Shown: piece after piece, positions 47,956-60,400 of the stretch
Layout of the letters: the number at the start of each line of letters is the position of its first letter
Numbering within the stretch: position 1 is the stretch's first letter
Assembly (NCBI GenBank): GCA_010909165.1
Contig: MU008170.1
Span: 1,612,001 to 1,676,000, forward strand
Length of the DNA stretch: 64,000 nucleotides
Source of the DNA: Anthoceros angustus
Taxonomy: Eukaryota; Plantae; Anthocerotophyta
Reading direction: 5' to 3'
Made by a program: the position numbers and the translations under genes
The notes under the pieces: model-generated
Told to the model about the DNA's origin: nothing
The model's database searches: none
The model's input: only the letters and a program-made list of their open reading frames with translations

Positions 47956-49337
47956 GTTCGGCCTTAAGGGTACAATCACAGAAAACGAGTCGACCATCTC
48001 TGCAGTGCAACACTGTAATGCACAAGACGGGAAAGCATACGCACAGCAGATGGACATGAAAGTTGGCACTGATTTAGAGGTGACAAACACTGACCTGTAG
48101 ATCAGGACCTCGTCATAAAGACGTACAAATGCTTCAGTTACAGCTTTGGACGACTTGGCATCCATTGTAACACACTGCAGCATGGGCTCGCGTATCACTC
48201 TTCAAAACTACTAGCTAGCAATGACATCCATGACGAGATTGTGTAGAAGAGAATTACTTCTCTGGACCAGTCAGGCGAGGCCCCCACTCACGGTTGCTGT
48301 CTTGACATGGTACCACCGTATTGATCCTTCCATTCCCAAACCTGCCACAAACCATACTTCAGGATACATTCACTCGTTCAGGCTACGGGGTATCGCAGTT
48401 TGACAGGTGTATACCTTCGCCTGGAAGTTTTCCCGACCGATATCCTGCCTTGTCAAATTTCTTTCCCTCACGATCTTCTTCTCCACAACTACCTGCAGTA
48501 GTCAAGGTTGCAGATGGTTGGACAGTGACCTGGATTTGACATCCCTTGAAACCTTAAAACCCTGGACACCACACCTCACTGGTGGAACCAGCAGTGGCAG
48601 AGGGAAGGCGAATGTTGATACCTGAGTGGCAATGCCAGCATGGTCCATGCCTGGAACTCAAAATGTATTGTGAGCTCTCATTCTGTGCCATCTGACAACG
48701 GAATCCTAAGAGAGCAGAAAAGAAGGTGGTGAACCAATGACCTCTCAGCTGCTTCTGTTATCAAACCGGAAGGCATCATCTCTTACCTGGATGGCCGCAG
48801 TTCACTCATACCCAATGTGCAGGGTACTACCTGCAGTAGCAACCATGCTTAGCTGAGACACAAACGTGCTTCCCCAGCCTACTAAGCCGAAGTGAAGAAG
48901 ATGCTTACAATCACAAACGGCGGCTTGGTACTGGTGTTGTCGGCCACAAAGAAATCCGATTCCTCCCACCACTCGTACCAACTGCATCAACATCCGAGGC
49001 ATGAAAAACAGCAAAAACCAAGCATCTACAGTTTGCATCACCACCAGAGCTGCATGCCAGGGCTGACCTCCTCTCCACAGCGTAAATGAGAGCCGCCAGC
49101 TGCCTCTTCTGGCCAGCCGGCGTGGGAGGATCAGCCACCAGCTGCAGGCCGCTTGGCTGTGGACTCTTCCTTCTTCCCCGGCCCATCGGGCGTGGGAGGA
49201 TCAGCCACCTCTTCCTCCACAGCTGCAAGCGGCTTGGTCTTCTTCTTCTTCCCTGGCCCATCCGGTGCGGCCATGGCAGCTTTTACTGATTCTGCCTTCT
49301 GCGCAGCTTTTTGCTTCTTCAATTCCTTCTCCCCGGC
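47955..49337 (-). pseudogene. ValRS: Valyl-tRNA synthetase, 5' part (intron-containing, disrupted)
   Basis: AGEKELKKQKAAQKAE.., WYEWWEESDFFVAD..KPPFVI, VPGMDHAGIATQ, TMDAKSSKAVTEAFVRLYDEVLIYR and DCTLK are present. It has in-frame stops and a ~72-bp internal duplication. Confidence 0.85.
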
Positions 49338-50279
49338 CTGTAGACAATGTTGAGATCAGACAGGGAGACAAATTCCTGCCTCACACAACACACAAAGGCG
49401 GCTCTGCGACAAGCCAACAGCAGCAGGCTGTCAACATCATGTCTTCATTTCCTTAGCAAGGAGGACTTCGATGTATATTTTATTATATTTATAAATAAAT
49501 AAAAATTTAAATTTATCAAAAAAACATACGTAATAATTATGGAGTGAGGATACCTCTCTCGTATTACACATAGGGTTTTTTGGGCAGTGGGTGTCCAGTG
49601 CTCTGCAAAGGGCAATTGCAAGGACTATCTTAGGAACGGACATAGGAGCGAAATGGGTCACCCAACCTCACTAGAACCTACCAAAAAACGCCAGGAAGAA
49701 ATCCCCGACCACAATAAGACCTAGTAAAAAAGACGGGGATGAAACCGGAGCTATTGTTTACGTGCAATTATTGCATTCCTTTGTGCCAAGGATTTCTCGA
49801 GGTTTATCAAGGCTTGTGTTAAATATAAAGCATACTACATCCACAAGAACAGGGTAGGTCTCTCGTGTGGTGGCTTTCTTCCGGCAATGAGTATCCATTG
49901 CTCTCCAATTTTCAGGACAAACTTCAAATGCGGGGAATGTAGCATCTTTTGCTCTGGTGGTTAGTTGGCCCTTCCCTATTCCATACTATGACATCTTGGG
50001 AGTGGTAGGTAGTTTTAGAGTAGACATTTGGGGCCTCATTGGCTGGGCCTCTAGAGATTGTTCCCTATCGCTCTTGTGTAGAGGGACTTTCCATTTCTGG
50101 ATATTTATAAAGTCTCCACGTTTAGTTTTATTTTTATTAACTCTTGCGGGCCTTGGCTGCTTGTCTATATATGTAGATCTGTTGTATGCTTGTATAATCA
50201 AAGAGAAGAATTGGCCTAGACTGAAAGTGGTCGATTTCGGGAAGAACCGCAAATTTTGAGATCGCCTCGAGAATTGGTG

Positions 50280-51665
50280 ATGGGAGAAAACATGGGCGTT
50301 CGGGTCGTTGAAGAGGAAGAGGAGGCCGGGGGTGGCAAGGAGGAAGGTCCGGCAGGGGGGAAGAAGGAAGTGGCGAGTTTTGCCGACATTGGGGTTTGCG
50401 ATCAGCTGGTGGAGGCGTGCGAGAAGCTGGGATGGAAGGCGCCCACTCCCATCCAAGTGGATTCCATCCCTCAGGCTTTGGCCGGAAGGGATTTGATAGG
50501 GTTGGCTCAGACGGGGTCCGGGAAGACGGCAGCCTTCGCGCTGCCCATTCTGCAGGCGCTGCTGGAGAAGCCGCAGCCTTTGTTTGCGTGCGTGCTGTCG
50601 CCTACCAGGGAGCTGGCCATTCAGATTGCGGAGCAGTTCGAGGCGCTCGGGGTGGCCATAGGGCTAAAGTGCGCCGTGGTGGTGGGGGGGATTGACATGA
50701 TGGCGCAGGCCATCGCGCTGGCCAAGCGGCCGCATGTCGTGGTTGGGACGCCGGGGAGGCTGGTGGACCATCTCACCAACACCAAGGGTTTCAGTCTGCG
50801 GACTATTAAGTATTTGGTGCTGGATGAGGCTGACAGGTTGCTGAATCTGGACTTCGAGAAGGAGATTGATGAGATTTTGAAGGTGGTGCCCCGGGAGAGG
50901 AACACTTTCCTCTTCTCCGCCACCATGACCTCTAAGGTGGCTAAGCTGCAAAGGGCTTGCTTGAGGAACCCGGTGAAGGTGGAGGTGTCCACTAAGTACT
51001 CCACGGTGGACACGTTGAAGCAGGAGTATCTCCTGGTGCCTGCCAAACAGAAGGACGCGTTTCTTGTTTATATCCTGAACGAGATGGCGGGGAATACCAT
51101 TATGGTGTTCACTAGGACGTGCGAGGCTACTAGGAAGCTGGCTTTGATGCTGCGGAATTTAGGGTTGGAGGCTATCCCTATTAGCGGGCAGATGAGCCAG
51201 CCTAAGAGGTTAGGTGCCTTGGATAAGTTTAAGGCAGGGGAGCGGAACATCTTGATATGCACCGATGTTGCTAGCAGGGGTCTGGACATTTCGTCTGTCG
51301 ATGCTGTGGTGAATTATGACATCCCTACCAACTCCAAGGACTATGTTCATCGAGTGGGAAGAACAGCACGTGCAGGAAGGGCGGGCCGGGCTATATCTCT
51401 GGTCACTCAGTATGATGTGGAGCTCTATCTTCGGATAGAGAAGCTTATAAAGAAGAAACTCCCCAAGTACCCGGCAGAGCAGGATGAGGCTTTGATGCTC
51501 ATGGAGCGTGTGAGTGAAGCTCAGAGAATAGCAACAAATATGATGAGGGAAAAGGATTCTCACAAAAAGCCCAGGAAAAGAGGACGTGACGGCGACGATG
51601 ATAATCACGACTACTCTGCCCGCAAGAAAGGAGGGAAGCCCGGATCAAAGATCGGGAAAAGGTGA
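50280..51665 (+). CDS. RH10: DEAD-box RNA helicase RH10/RRP3 (DDX47) type, intronless
   Basis: [22 protein letters not shown] and [10 protein letters not shown] motifs, in a Q-motif context ([10 protein letters not shown]) typical of Rrp3. Confidence 0.93.
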   Translation: MGENMGVRVVEEEEEAGGGKEEGPAGGKKEVASFADIGVCDQLVEACEKLGWKAPTPIQVDSIPQALAGRDLIGLAQTGSGKTAAFALPILQALLEKPQPLFACVLSPTRELAIQIAEQFEALGVAIGLKCAVVVGGIDMMAQAIALAKRPHVVVGTPGRLVDHLTNTKGFSLRTIKYLVLDEADRLLNLDFEKEIDEILKVVPRERNTFLFSATMTSKVAKLQRACLRNPVKVEVSTKYSTVDTLKQEYLLVPAKQKDAFLVYILNEMAGNTIMVFTRTCEATRKLALMLRNLGLEAIPISGQMSQPKRLGALDKFKAGERNILICTDVASRGLDISSVDAVVNYDIPTNSKDYVHRVGRTARAGRAGRAISLVTQYDVELYLRIEKLIKKKLPKYPAEQDEALMLMERVSEAQRIATNMMREKDSHKKPRKRGRDGDDDNHDYSARKKGGKPGSKIGKR

Positions 51666-52468
51666 TTGCATGTTTCTGCATTCTTAATTTTGGAGTTCCT
51701 TGATTCGATGAGTTGTAGATATTGCGGCGGCCTCTCCTCTCCTCTCCCATCCTCACAGTTTCCAAACCAGCCAGCCTTTGGAGCCCAGGCCGTAGGAACA
51801 CTGAGTTGTCAATTGTACTTAGGGCATTTCGATGCCTTCAGTTTTTTTTTTTGGTGGACCATTGAACGAATGCTCCCTTTTTATGAATATTTTCAATCCA
51901 AATAGGAGACCTGCTCTCTGTTCACAGCAACGCTGTCTTCGCAGTGACTACACTGCAGGCAGCGCGCTCCTCCACTCTTCTTCATGAAGTCCATTGTGAA
52001 AGGCTAGCCTCAGACGGAATACTGTGAAGTCCAGTCTTACTGTTCGGCTTCTGGGAAGCCGGATCAAAGATCAGGGAAAGGTGATTGCATGTTTCTGCAT
52101 TCTTAATTTTGGAGTTCCTTGATTCGATGAGTTGTAGATATTGCGGCGGCCTCTCTCCTCTCCCATCCTCACAGTTTCCAAACCAGCCAGCCTTTGGAGC
52201 CCAGGCCGTAGGAACACTGAGTTGTCAATTGTACTTAGGGCATTTCGATGCCTTCAGTTTTTTTTTTTGGTGGACCATTGAACGAATGCTCCCTTTTTAT
52301 GAATATTTTCAATCCAAATAGGAGACCTGCTCTCTGTTCACAGCAACGCTGTCTTCGCAGTGACTACACTGCAGGCAGCGCGCTCCTCCACTCTTCTTCA
52401 TGAAGTCCATTGTGAAAGGCTAGCCTCAGACGGAATACTGTGAAGTCCAGTCTTACTGTTCGGCTTCT
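51633..52468 (+). repeat. Tandem duplication (420 bp + 416 bp) of the RH10 stop codon and 3' region
   Basis: Near-identical units bounded by GGGAAGCC at 51633, 52053 and 52469. Confidence 0.95.
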
Positions 52469-52658
52469 GGGAAGCCGATTCGTCGGCCTTCCTCTCTGCA
52501 GCTCGAAGGTTCGGGTACACTGACTTAACACTTCACAAAGCAAAAGAACTTTCAAAGCACTTCACGCAGTGTTTTACGAGGGCCAACAATATTAAACTGA
52601 ATCCAGAGGCAAATGGAAGCAGAGCAAGTCTACATGTACAGATGCGCATCCTAAACTG

Positions 52659-54256
52659 CTAGCTTCGACCCTGATTGAGTCGTTTGCAGATGGCAATCAC
52701 CTCCTCCACTGGAGCCCAATCACCAAAAGTCCTCTCTACAAACTGATAAGCAACTCCGCCCTTGCCAGCTCTAACGACGTAGAGACCACCCTTGATGGTA
52801 CCCTCACCCTTTAAGTTGTATTCGATGCCAGGCGTAGCGGCAGCGCGCTTGAAATTCTTCTTAGCTAAGGGGTTGAGCACGAAGCCAACGATGAGGCTGT
52901 CCTTGAGCAGCTTGCCACCACCCAGCGCCTTGAACAGCTCTCTGTCAGGGTCGGCGACAACCTGTCCGCCCCAGTATCTAGGCCAGAATGCCTTCACCTG
53001 GACAAAACACTTCTGCTTCAGAAACTACTGGACTTCCTCAAGTTCGATCACGCAGGGATGTGTCATCATCGAACAGAAGTGGGGGGTGAAGATCAGAACC
53101 TCAGGGTCAATATACTCGTTTAGAACAGCTACGAGCTGAACATTCAATGCATCGAAAATAGGCTTGTTGGAGTAAAGTTGGTGAGCCTCTGCTCGACACA
53201 TAACGCACCTGCGCAACATCCGGGGCCGATCGCACAATAAGCAAGGCTGAGGGGCTAGCTCGATGCATTGTTAGCAACAGGGAGACTGAGCTGCCATCCG
53301 GATTGAAACCAGAATGATTGCAAAATGGTGCAGGAAGGATTCACTCACCCGGGCCTTCGCAGGCAATACAGTATGGTTGTTTTGTCTTTCCACAGATCTG
53401 CCACCCTGGATTTCGGAGGAGGTTGAAGAGAGCCGTTTTGCTTCCAAGGATCCAGCCCAGTCTTATGATCCGGCAACAGCTTGATCACTTGTGCCTGCTC
53501 CAGAACAGCCAAAGGAGTGACATCCTCAACCACCGGGGGCGGCTTGATCAACCCACAGGCCCTCGAGGGGGCGGGAATGGAGGCAACAATACCCTTGAAC
53601 TCTGCAGGTTCTTCTGTACGTTGAGAAGCCGCATAATCGGCTGGAGAATGCTCTGCGGCGATTTCCCTCGGTTCCTCGTACGTCGGCTGAGGAGCCTCTG
53701 CCTTCTCCTTCTTCGGCAGGTCCTTGGGCAAGACGATACCACACGCCGCGCCCCTGTCTGTGAACCTGGCTACATGCCCCCGCTTCATCCCGTACTCAGC
53801 CACCAGAGCAGCTGGAGATACGTTGAGCAGCTCGGGGAGCGACTTTCCCGACGCCTCCAACTTCTCTGCGTACTCTATCAGCGCCCGGTTGTGAAGATAC
53901 GAGCGGATGTCCAGAGAATCCTGCCATTCCAACGCCGCAACATCCACAAAACAGTGAATCGCAATACCCACCCAACACCTCTCTGGCTGTGATCCGCGAT
54001 CCATCCTGTTCGCAAGGTGCCAAATCGAGTACAGAACAAACCAAGCAGCCAGGAATCTCTCAACAACACTGCCAGAGATGGAGCACAGGAACGTGAAACG
54101 CACCCTCTGCTCCTGCGTGAGCTGCAACGCATCCATGTCGGAGGAATTCATGACCTTGATCGTGGGAACGTCGTCCCATCCTTCCGCCACCAGCTTATCC
54201 AGGATCGGGAACAGAGGCCCGTTCCCGACGAACTCATCCAAGGCAAAGGACGCCAT
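52659..54256 (-). CDS. Peroxiredoxin-like 2A (AhpC/TSA-like) protein with an N-terminal SAM-like region
   Basis: Exons 54104-54256, 53349-53920, 53100-53208 and 52659-52997 are GT-AG and in phase. The CxxC is in LRRPG|CVMCRAEA, and the tail reads GGLYVV..GVAYQFVERTFGDWAP. Confidence 0.85.
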
Positions 54257-55252
54257 AGCCGGGCGGCAGGCAGCTGAATCCCCGCGGGCTGGTACAGACT
54301 ACAAACCCGCTGGCTCCAAAGCTGGAGCGCACAAAATGGTAAGCCGCCGCAAGGTTTGTAAGGTGTTGCTGGAGAAGGTAGCATCCTGCAGATGATACCT
54401 GTGCCGGTTGCCAGCTGCAAGAGGCAGCCGTTTCCCATTTCCTTTTGCCGATGACCAAGCGTGCGCTGTCATCCGGGACAGACCATGTCAAAGATAAACC
54501 AGCCCGCCTGAAACCCGCCGCGACAGGCTCACAACAGTCCCGGTTCACACGGACGGCTCCAGTCCGACTACTTAATTCGTCCTTCGAGGAGATGCTACTA
54601 CCCCTTCCCCCTGTGCCCGCCGGTGTCGTGACCTGTGTTGTGTGGATGCCAGATCTTGCGAGAAGGTGTAAGAAGGAACAGATCTGCATCACAGGGAGCA
54701 GACCTGCTTCGTAAGGAGCAGATCTGCATCTGCTCGGTGTGTGCAAAGGAACAGAAAGAAGGTACGTAGACCGACATCCAGCACTCCTAGCATGCAAACG
54801 AAAGAAACCGACCTGCAGCGAAAGAAACCGACTGGAACGCGAGACTGTGGAAAGAGCTCGAACAAAAATTCCAATGAACGGAGGGAATACAGAATAGCTG
54901 CTTAAACAGCAGGGAGGCAGCGCCCTAGCTACCAGATCTGACCTTCCTGAGCATGGGAAAGAAATAATGCTGCCGTCACCGATTATGTGACTAATTTAGC
55001 CCGGCCATGAGAGAGCCACATCCTGCCTACCAGATCTGAGTTTCCTACGCATGCTGAATTCTGTAACGTCGGGCTCACCAGGCTCTGTGATCACTACCTC
55101 TTCTTCAGCCTGCAAAGGGGAAGGAAGCAGCAACAAGGTCAGAGAAAGGGATCACATGCAAGCGAAGAAACAAACAATCAACCAAACCGCAAATCGCTTG
55201 AAGGAAGGCTCGGGGAGAGGAAGATCACCTACCGTGAGCCGCAGCTGGCGCA

Positions 55253-55462
55253 TCAAGAGGCGCCGACGATGATGTTCTTGATCGGGATGAAGATGAGCTT
55301 GACGAAGAAGCCAATGAATCCCATGACCACAAACCCTATGGCGGTCCTGCCGGCCACCTTGGAGAACTCCTTGCGATCGGGCTTGTGGCAACGCTTCACC
55401 AGCCGCACGCTGTCCTTGGCGAATTCCTTCACCGGCCTCACCATCGAGTCGACCGTGTCCAT
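55253..55462 (-). CDS. SEC61G: Protein transport protein Sec61 subunit gamma
   Basis: 69 aa: [49 protein letters not shown]. Confidence 0.97.
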   Translation of the reverse strand: MDTVDSMVRPVKEFAKDSVRLVKRCHKPDRKEFSKVAGRTAIGFVVMGFIGFFVKLIFIPIKNIIVGAS

Positions 55463-55707
55463 GGCTGCTTGCTCCGGAGCGCGGAGAATCGTGAAAGGAG
55501 ATGGAAGCTCGCGCCCGGGGGAGCTCCTCGTCGTTTGCGCGTTAAGGAAAGTAAATGAAGTTACAAGCAGCGGTCGCGAGAGCCAGCCTGACCACTACTA
55601 TAGACGACTGTCTACATATATAGACTTCGCCCCAGAAGCAGCGAAAAACGAAACAAGGATTACCAGATCGTTTGCCTCGGTAACAAGAAGAGCTCGAAAG
55701 CGTGGCT
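55463..55707. promoter_or_regulatory. Probable bidirectional promoter between Sec61gamma and EMC4
   Basis: 245 bp between divergent start codons. Confidence 0.45.
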
Positions 55708-56256
55708 ATGGCGGCCGCGGGGCGTCTGGCAGCGAGGAAGTGGGCGGTTGGATTGGGCGAGGGCGCACCCGCGGCGGCGGCTCGGGAGGTGGCGGATCCG
55801 CCGGGCTTCAGTAGGTCGGGGAGCGGCGGCGGCGGCTCGGAGCAGGATGAGGGTGGGCAGCGGCAGAAGAAGGAGGTGGATGCTTCCTGGAAGCAGCAGA
55901 AGGCCTGGGAGGCGGCCCAGGCGCCGTTGAAGAACCTCTTCATGATGGCCTTCATGATGTGGATGGCCGGCAGCACTGTGCATCTCTTCAGCATCGGGAT
56001 CACCTTCTCCGCGCTATGGCAGCCCATCAGCGCGCTCCAAGGCATGGGAAAGCTCTTCGAGCCCTTCAAGGACGTCAGGGTCGACACTCTGCCTCCCAAG
56101 CTCACCTTTATCGCCTTGAATTTGGCCGGCCTCGTCCTTGGCCTGTGGAAGCTCAACTCGCTCGGCCTGCTCCCCACGCACGCCTCCGACTGGGTGTCTA
56201 ATCTGCCGCCTCCTCCTTCAGCTGAGTTCTCCGGCGGTGGCCTCCCTCTCTACTGA
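55708..56256 (+). CDS. EMC4: ER membrane protein complex subunit 4
   Basis: KQQKAWEAAQAPLKNLFMMAFMMWMAGSTVHLFSIGITFSALWQPISAL..KLNSLGLLPTHASDW. Confidence 0.95.
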   Translation: MAAAGRLAARKWAVGLGEGAPAAAAREVADPPGFSRSGSGGGGSEQDEGGQRQKKEVDASWKQQKAWEAAQAPLKNLFMMAFMMWMAGSTVHLFSIGITFSALWQPISALQGMGKLFEPFKDVRVDTLPPKLTFIALNLAGLVLGLWKLNSLGLLPTHASDWVSNLPPPPSAEFSGGGLPLY

Positions 56257-57442
56257 CCAACACGCAACTGATGCCGCACAATCCAAGCCCTGTGCTTTGC
56301 TTGCGTTGGGCTGCTCACACGATCTTCGTTCAGAGCTCAGCTTGCGTTCTCCTAACCCTAGTTCTTCATTGCAGCTTCCTGCAACTGTAGTCACCCTCTG
56401 ATTCCTCAGGTTCAGTGTTGCTGCACTGCAATTCCCTGTTATCATCAGTTTGGAATGGAGTTCCTCTCTGGTTTGGTGATTTGCAGCAGCAGGCCGAGCA
56501 AGCATTTCCGGATTCTCCTCCGGTTCAGAACAGAGCATTGCTCTTGATGTCTGGGAAGAAAGTGGAAGCATGATAGGTTTTCCACGAGGAACTGGACTGT
56601 GTAAAGTCTGCTGTCGATGAAACTTGCAAGTGAGACTTGTCCGATTTCACAGATAAATTGGAAACAAGGCAATTTTTGGACTCTCCTGCCAATTTTTGGA
56701 AGCTAGGTACTTGGCGCCGCTTCGATATGTTCTGAGTTTCCCCTGGGAAATGCTTTCCCACGAGAAGTCTCGGTCGTCAAGTGTCTCGTTCGCCAACGGA
56801 ACGGGGTATGATTTCCGTTTCAGTGCCGCGCGAACTTGCTCTCATCAATCAAACGGCTTCGCTGGCTAGGGGTTCAGCCTCAGAAGCGAAGTATGCACAA
56901 CGCCTATACTGGCGGATGCTTGCTTTGCTGTGAAGTTTGAACGAGGAAAACGCGCATCGACCTTTTGAGCGCTTTTTACTAGCGGTTGCGAAGGATAGCG
57001 TCTGCGCGATGCGTTACTGCTTGCGATTGGAAGATCCTCAGGGCTTCCTGTCTCTGCATTGTGTGTGATGAAGGGGGCGCGATGCTGGACAGAAATGGAA
57101 TTGCCTGTGGGGACTTTAGTGCACCAAGGAGGGAGATTGGCATTTGTATGGGATTAATGGCAGATCAGGCTGCAGAATTTGGAATGCGCACAGGCAATCG
57201 GCCAGGGATGCATTTGTCAGCAACCGCGATGGAGATCTGCGCATTTGCCGGTGGATTGAGAGCTGTGGGAGACAACCCTAATTCTGGATGCATGTTTGTC
57301 ATGGATTGTGGTGTAATATGGCTTTGGTGAGCAGGTGGTGATTTGGAAGCAGCTCGGAGTGGGAGGGTTTAGAGGATTGATGATTTTGCGTCCTACAGCC
57401 GGTCAGTATTGAGGTGCACCTGTGCTCAGAACGAGCACAATT

Positions 57443-60400
57443 ATGAGCAGGCTCCTGGACTACTTTGTTGTGTGTGGCCTGGGTCCGGAATTGCGGTCGA
57501 TTGATGGGCCCAAGGGGTATAATGGCACGTCTGTCATGTATCTGCCAGCTCTCCTGGACCAATATCCACCTGCCTCTGCCGGTTCCTCAGAGGTGCCACC
57601 TCTTCCCCCGCAGATTGAGCTGTGCGTGATGCCCGTGGGAGTGGCCTTTCACTCCACGGGGTTCAGCCCGACTGATGAAGCTAGCTTCCCTCGTAGCTAT
57701 CCTATCGTTCTCACTGCTGGGGACGGATCCAAGTGCTATGTTACCTGTGTGGCTTTTCGGGATCCCGTTGAGGAGGATGTGGCTGAGGCTTATGGTTTCC
57801 CGGCCAATTGCTATGCAGACAAATGCATCTGTATTGTTTCACGGGTCGCGTGTTTCCAGGTTTTCCGGGATAGCCTGGAGGAGTTGCATCGTGCCTGTTT
57901 TGCTCCTGCCGGCTGCAGTAGGCCGATTTGGGAAATTGTGAAACATATTGTGACAGCCGTTCCTCGTCCCTTTCCTGGCAAAAGTAGCGTTTTGTTTTCG
58001 GTGGAAAGCAGTCTACTTGCAGTGGAAGTCCCACCAGAGAACGGTCTGCCTCATGCGAGTATGTCATTCCAGCCTTTGGTCCAGTCCTTGGATGTGGACA
58101 ACCTCATTTTCTTCTTCACAGCTATTCTTTTGGAAAGACGAGTTCTTCTACGGGCTAGTAAATTTTCTCTTCTGACCACGGTTGCTGAGGCCGTTTGCCA
58201 TCTGCTCTTTCCCCTCCAGTGGCAGCACGTGTACATTCCTGTTCTTCCCTGTGGAGGTGGGGTGGACTACATCTATGCTCCTACTCCGTACCTCATGGGT
58301 CTCCATTCGAGTGTGGATACTACAGGTGAAACCTTGGATGGCGTGGTGGTTGTGGATCTTGACAGAAACAAAATAACTTCTCAGGAAGATATTCCTGAAA
58401 TTCCAGAACCTGAAATTGAGTACTTAAGAGCAGGCCTTTTGCAGCTAACATGTCCGAGCCTTATGTACTTGGATCGTGCCCTCAGATGCAATCCTGCCAG
58501 TACCTTCTCAGATGATGCTTCTCTGCGCTTGGCTGCAAAGCTATGGGGTCCTGAACACGATAGAGAGTTCAGGCTTGTCTTCCTGAAGTTCTTTGCTAAC
58601 ATTCTGAGTGGATACCGCGACTTTGTCGTTCGGGACTTTGTTGGGAGTCCTACCAGTATGTCTTCCAATGTATTCAACACCAAAGCTTTTCTGAAGAAGC
58701 GAACTCGGAATACCAGTCGGCTGGTTGAGCCTATGCTGGAAGAGTTTTTGAACTCCCAAGGATTTGCCAACTTCCTTGCACGAGGTGACGATACTCTCCA
58801 GGGTGGGATGAATATCTTGGACATGGTGCAAGATGCTATGGCTAATGGACAGAATGTGTCATACCTTTTCCCTGAAGTTTCCACTGATTTGGAGATCATC
58901 ACAGTATCAGATGCTGCTTATCAAAGCGGTGTGACCAGGGCTAGACATTGCTATGACCGGTTTCCTTCAGACCTTCGAACCCCTGAGCAGGAGGAAGAAA
59001 GAAAGGAGCTGCTTGCTGCAGCGGGAGCTAACTTGCTCGCCGCCCAGTCGGCAGTGTCAAGCCCTGTGGAAATGCCAAGGATGGAGGTGGTGAAGGAAAG
59101 AGTTGGAGAAAGGGAGATCATGGTACTTGACATTAAGACCAAGTTATTAGACTTGTGGAGACGGCTTTTGATGTTGGAGTCTGATGATGACCCCCTATTG
59201 TCTCGTGAGTATGGCACTTTGCTTGCTCTTATAGAGTCAGATGCAGAGGGCATTGGAGGCACTGGACTCGTTGAGTGCATTAGAGAACACCTAGCCACGG
59301 GATGGCATGGTAAAGTATCAGAGGAGCAGTTCATTGCAGTGAAAGAACTGATGAAGGCAACAGTAAGTCGAGCTACTTCTCGGAATGATTTGTCTACTGT
59401 TCAAGATGCTCTTACTCTGTGTGCGGAGATTTTCCGTGAGGAAAATGGACATATCACAGATTATGTCGAAAGGCATATTGGTGTTCTGCCGGTGTGGGAT
59501 GAATTGAGATTTTGGGAGGGCTATTTTGACACTATCATGGACAAGTCTGCTGACCAATCAGGTAACTATTCTGCTATTGTGCTGGAGCAACTCACTGTTC
59601 TTGCACAGCATATGGCTGGTCTTGGGTTGCCTGATGCCGAAGCATGGTATATGTTGGAGGTTATAGCCCTGAAGAACAATCTGCATTCTAAGCAGCTCAT
59701 GAAACTCAGAGGTCTACTGGCACATATCAAGCAGATCAAGCAGGGTTATTGGGGCCAGCTACCAGGGCGCCCGCAGTTGTCGTCTTTTCACACTTTGGAA
59801 TTGCGGAAGCAGGAGCCAGAGCCAGAAGATCGACAGGTTCCCGATGATAGTCAACAGGTTGCTGAAGCTGCCGGACGCAGCTGGGTCTCTAGCATGTTCG
59901 CTAGGGACAAGGCTACCTTGAGCAAATCAGTTTCCAAGCATGCACGGAGTCAAAGTGATATCCCTCCTTCCCTGAGCTCAGGTGATAGCCTGAAAAGCGC
60001 AAGGCAGAAGATACCTGATGCCCCTGCTCCGCCCCCAAAAAGGGGATCATCAGGTGTTCGTCTCCTGAAAGGCCATAAGGCCTCCGTCACTGCCCTTTAT
60101 GCAGGGACTGCAGATGATAAGGGGGACAGCAGCAGCCGGGGGGATTTTGAGGATGCTCGTTATTTCATAAGTGGATCCGCAGATTGCCTGGTAAAAATCT
60201 GGGATCCAAGTAGTCGTGGTAATGAGCTGAAGGCTACCTTTGTAGGTCACACTGGGCCTGTTAGAGCTATTAGCTCCGACAGGGTCCGCGTAGTTTCTGG
60301 GTCGGATGATTTGAAGGTTCTAGTATGGGACAAAAGCACGGCCAAGTTGCTGGAAGAGCTGAAAGGGCATGAAGGAAAAGTGACTTCGGTTCGGATGCTG

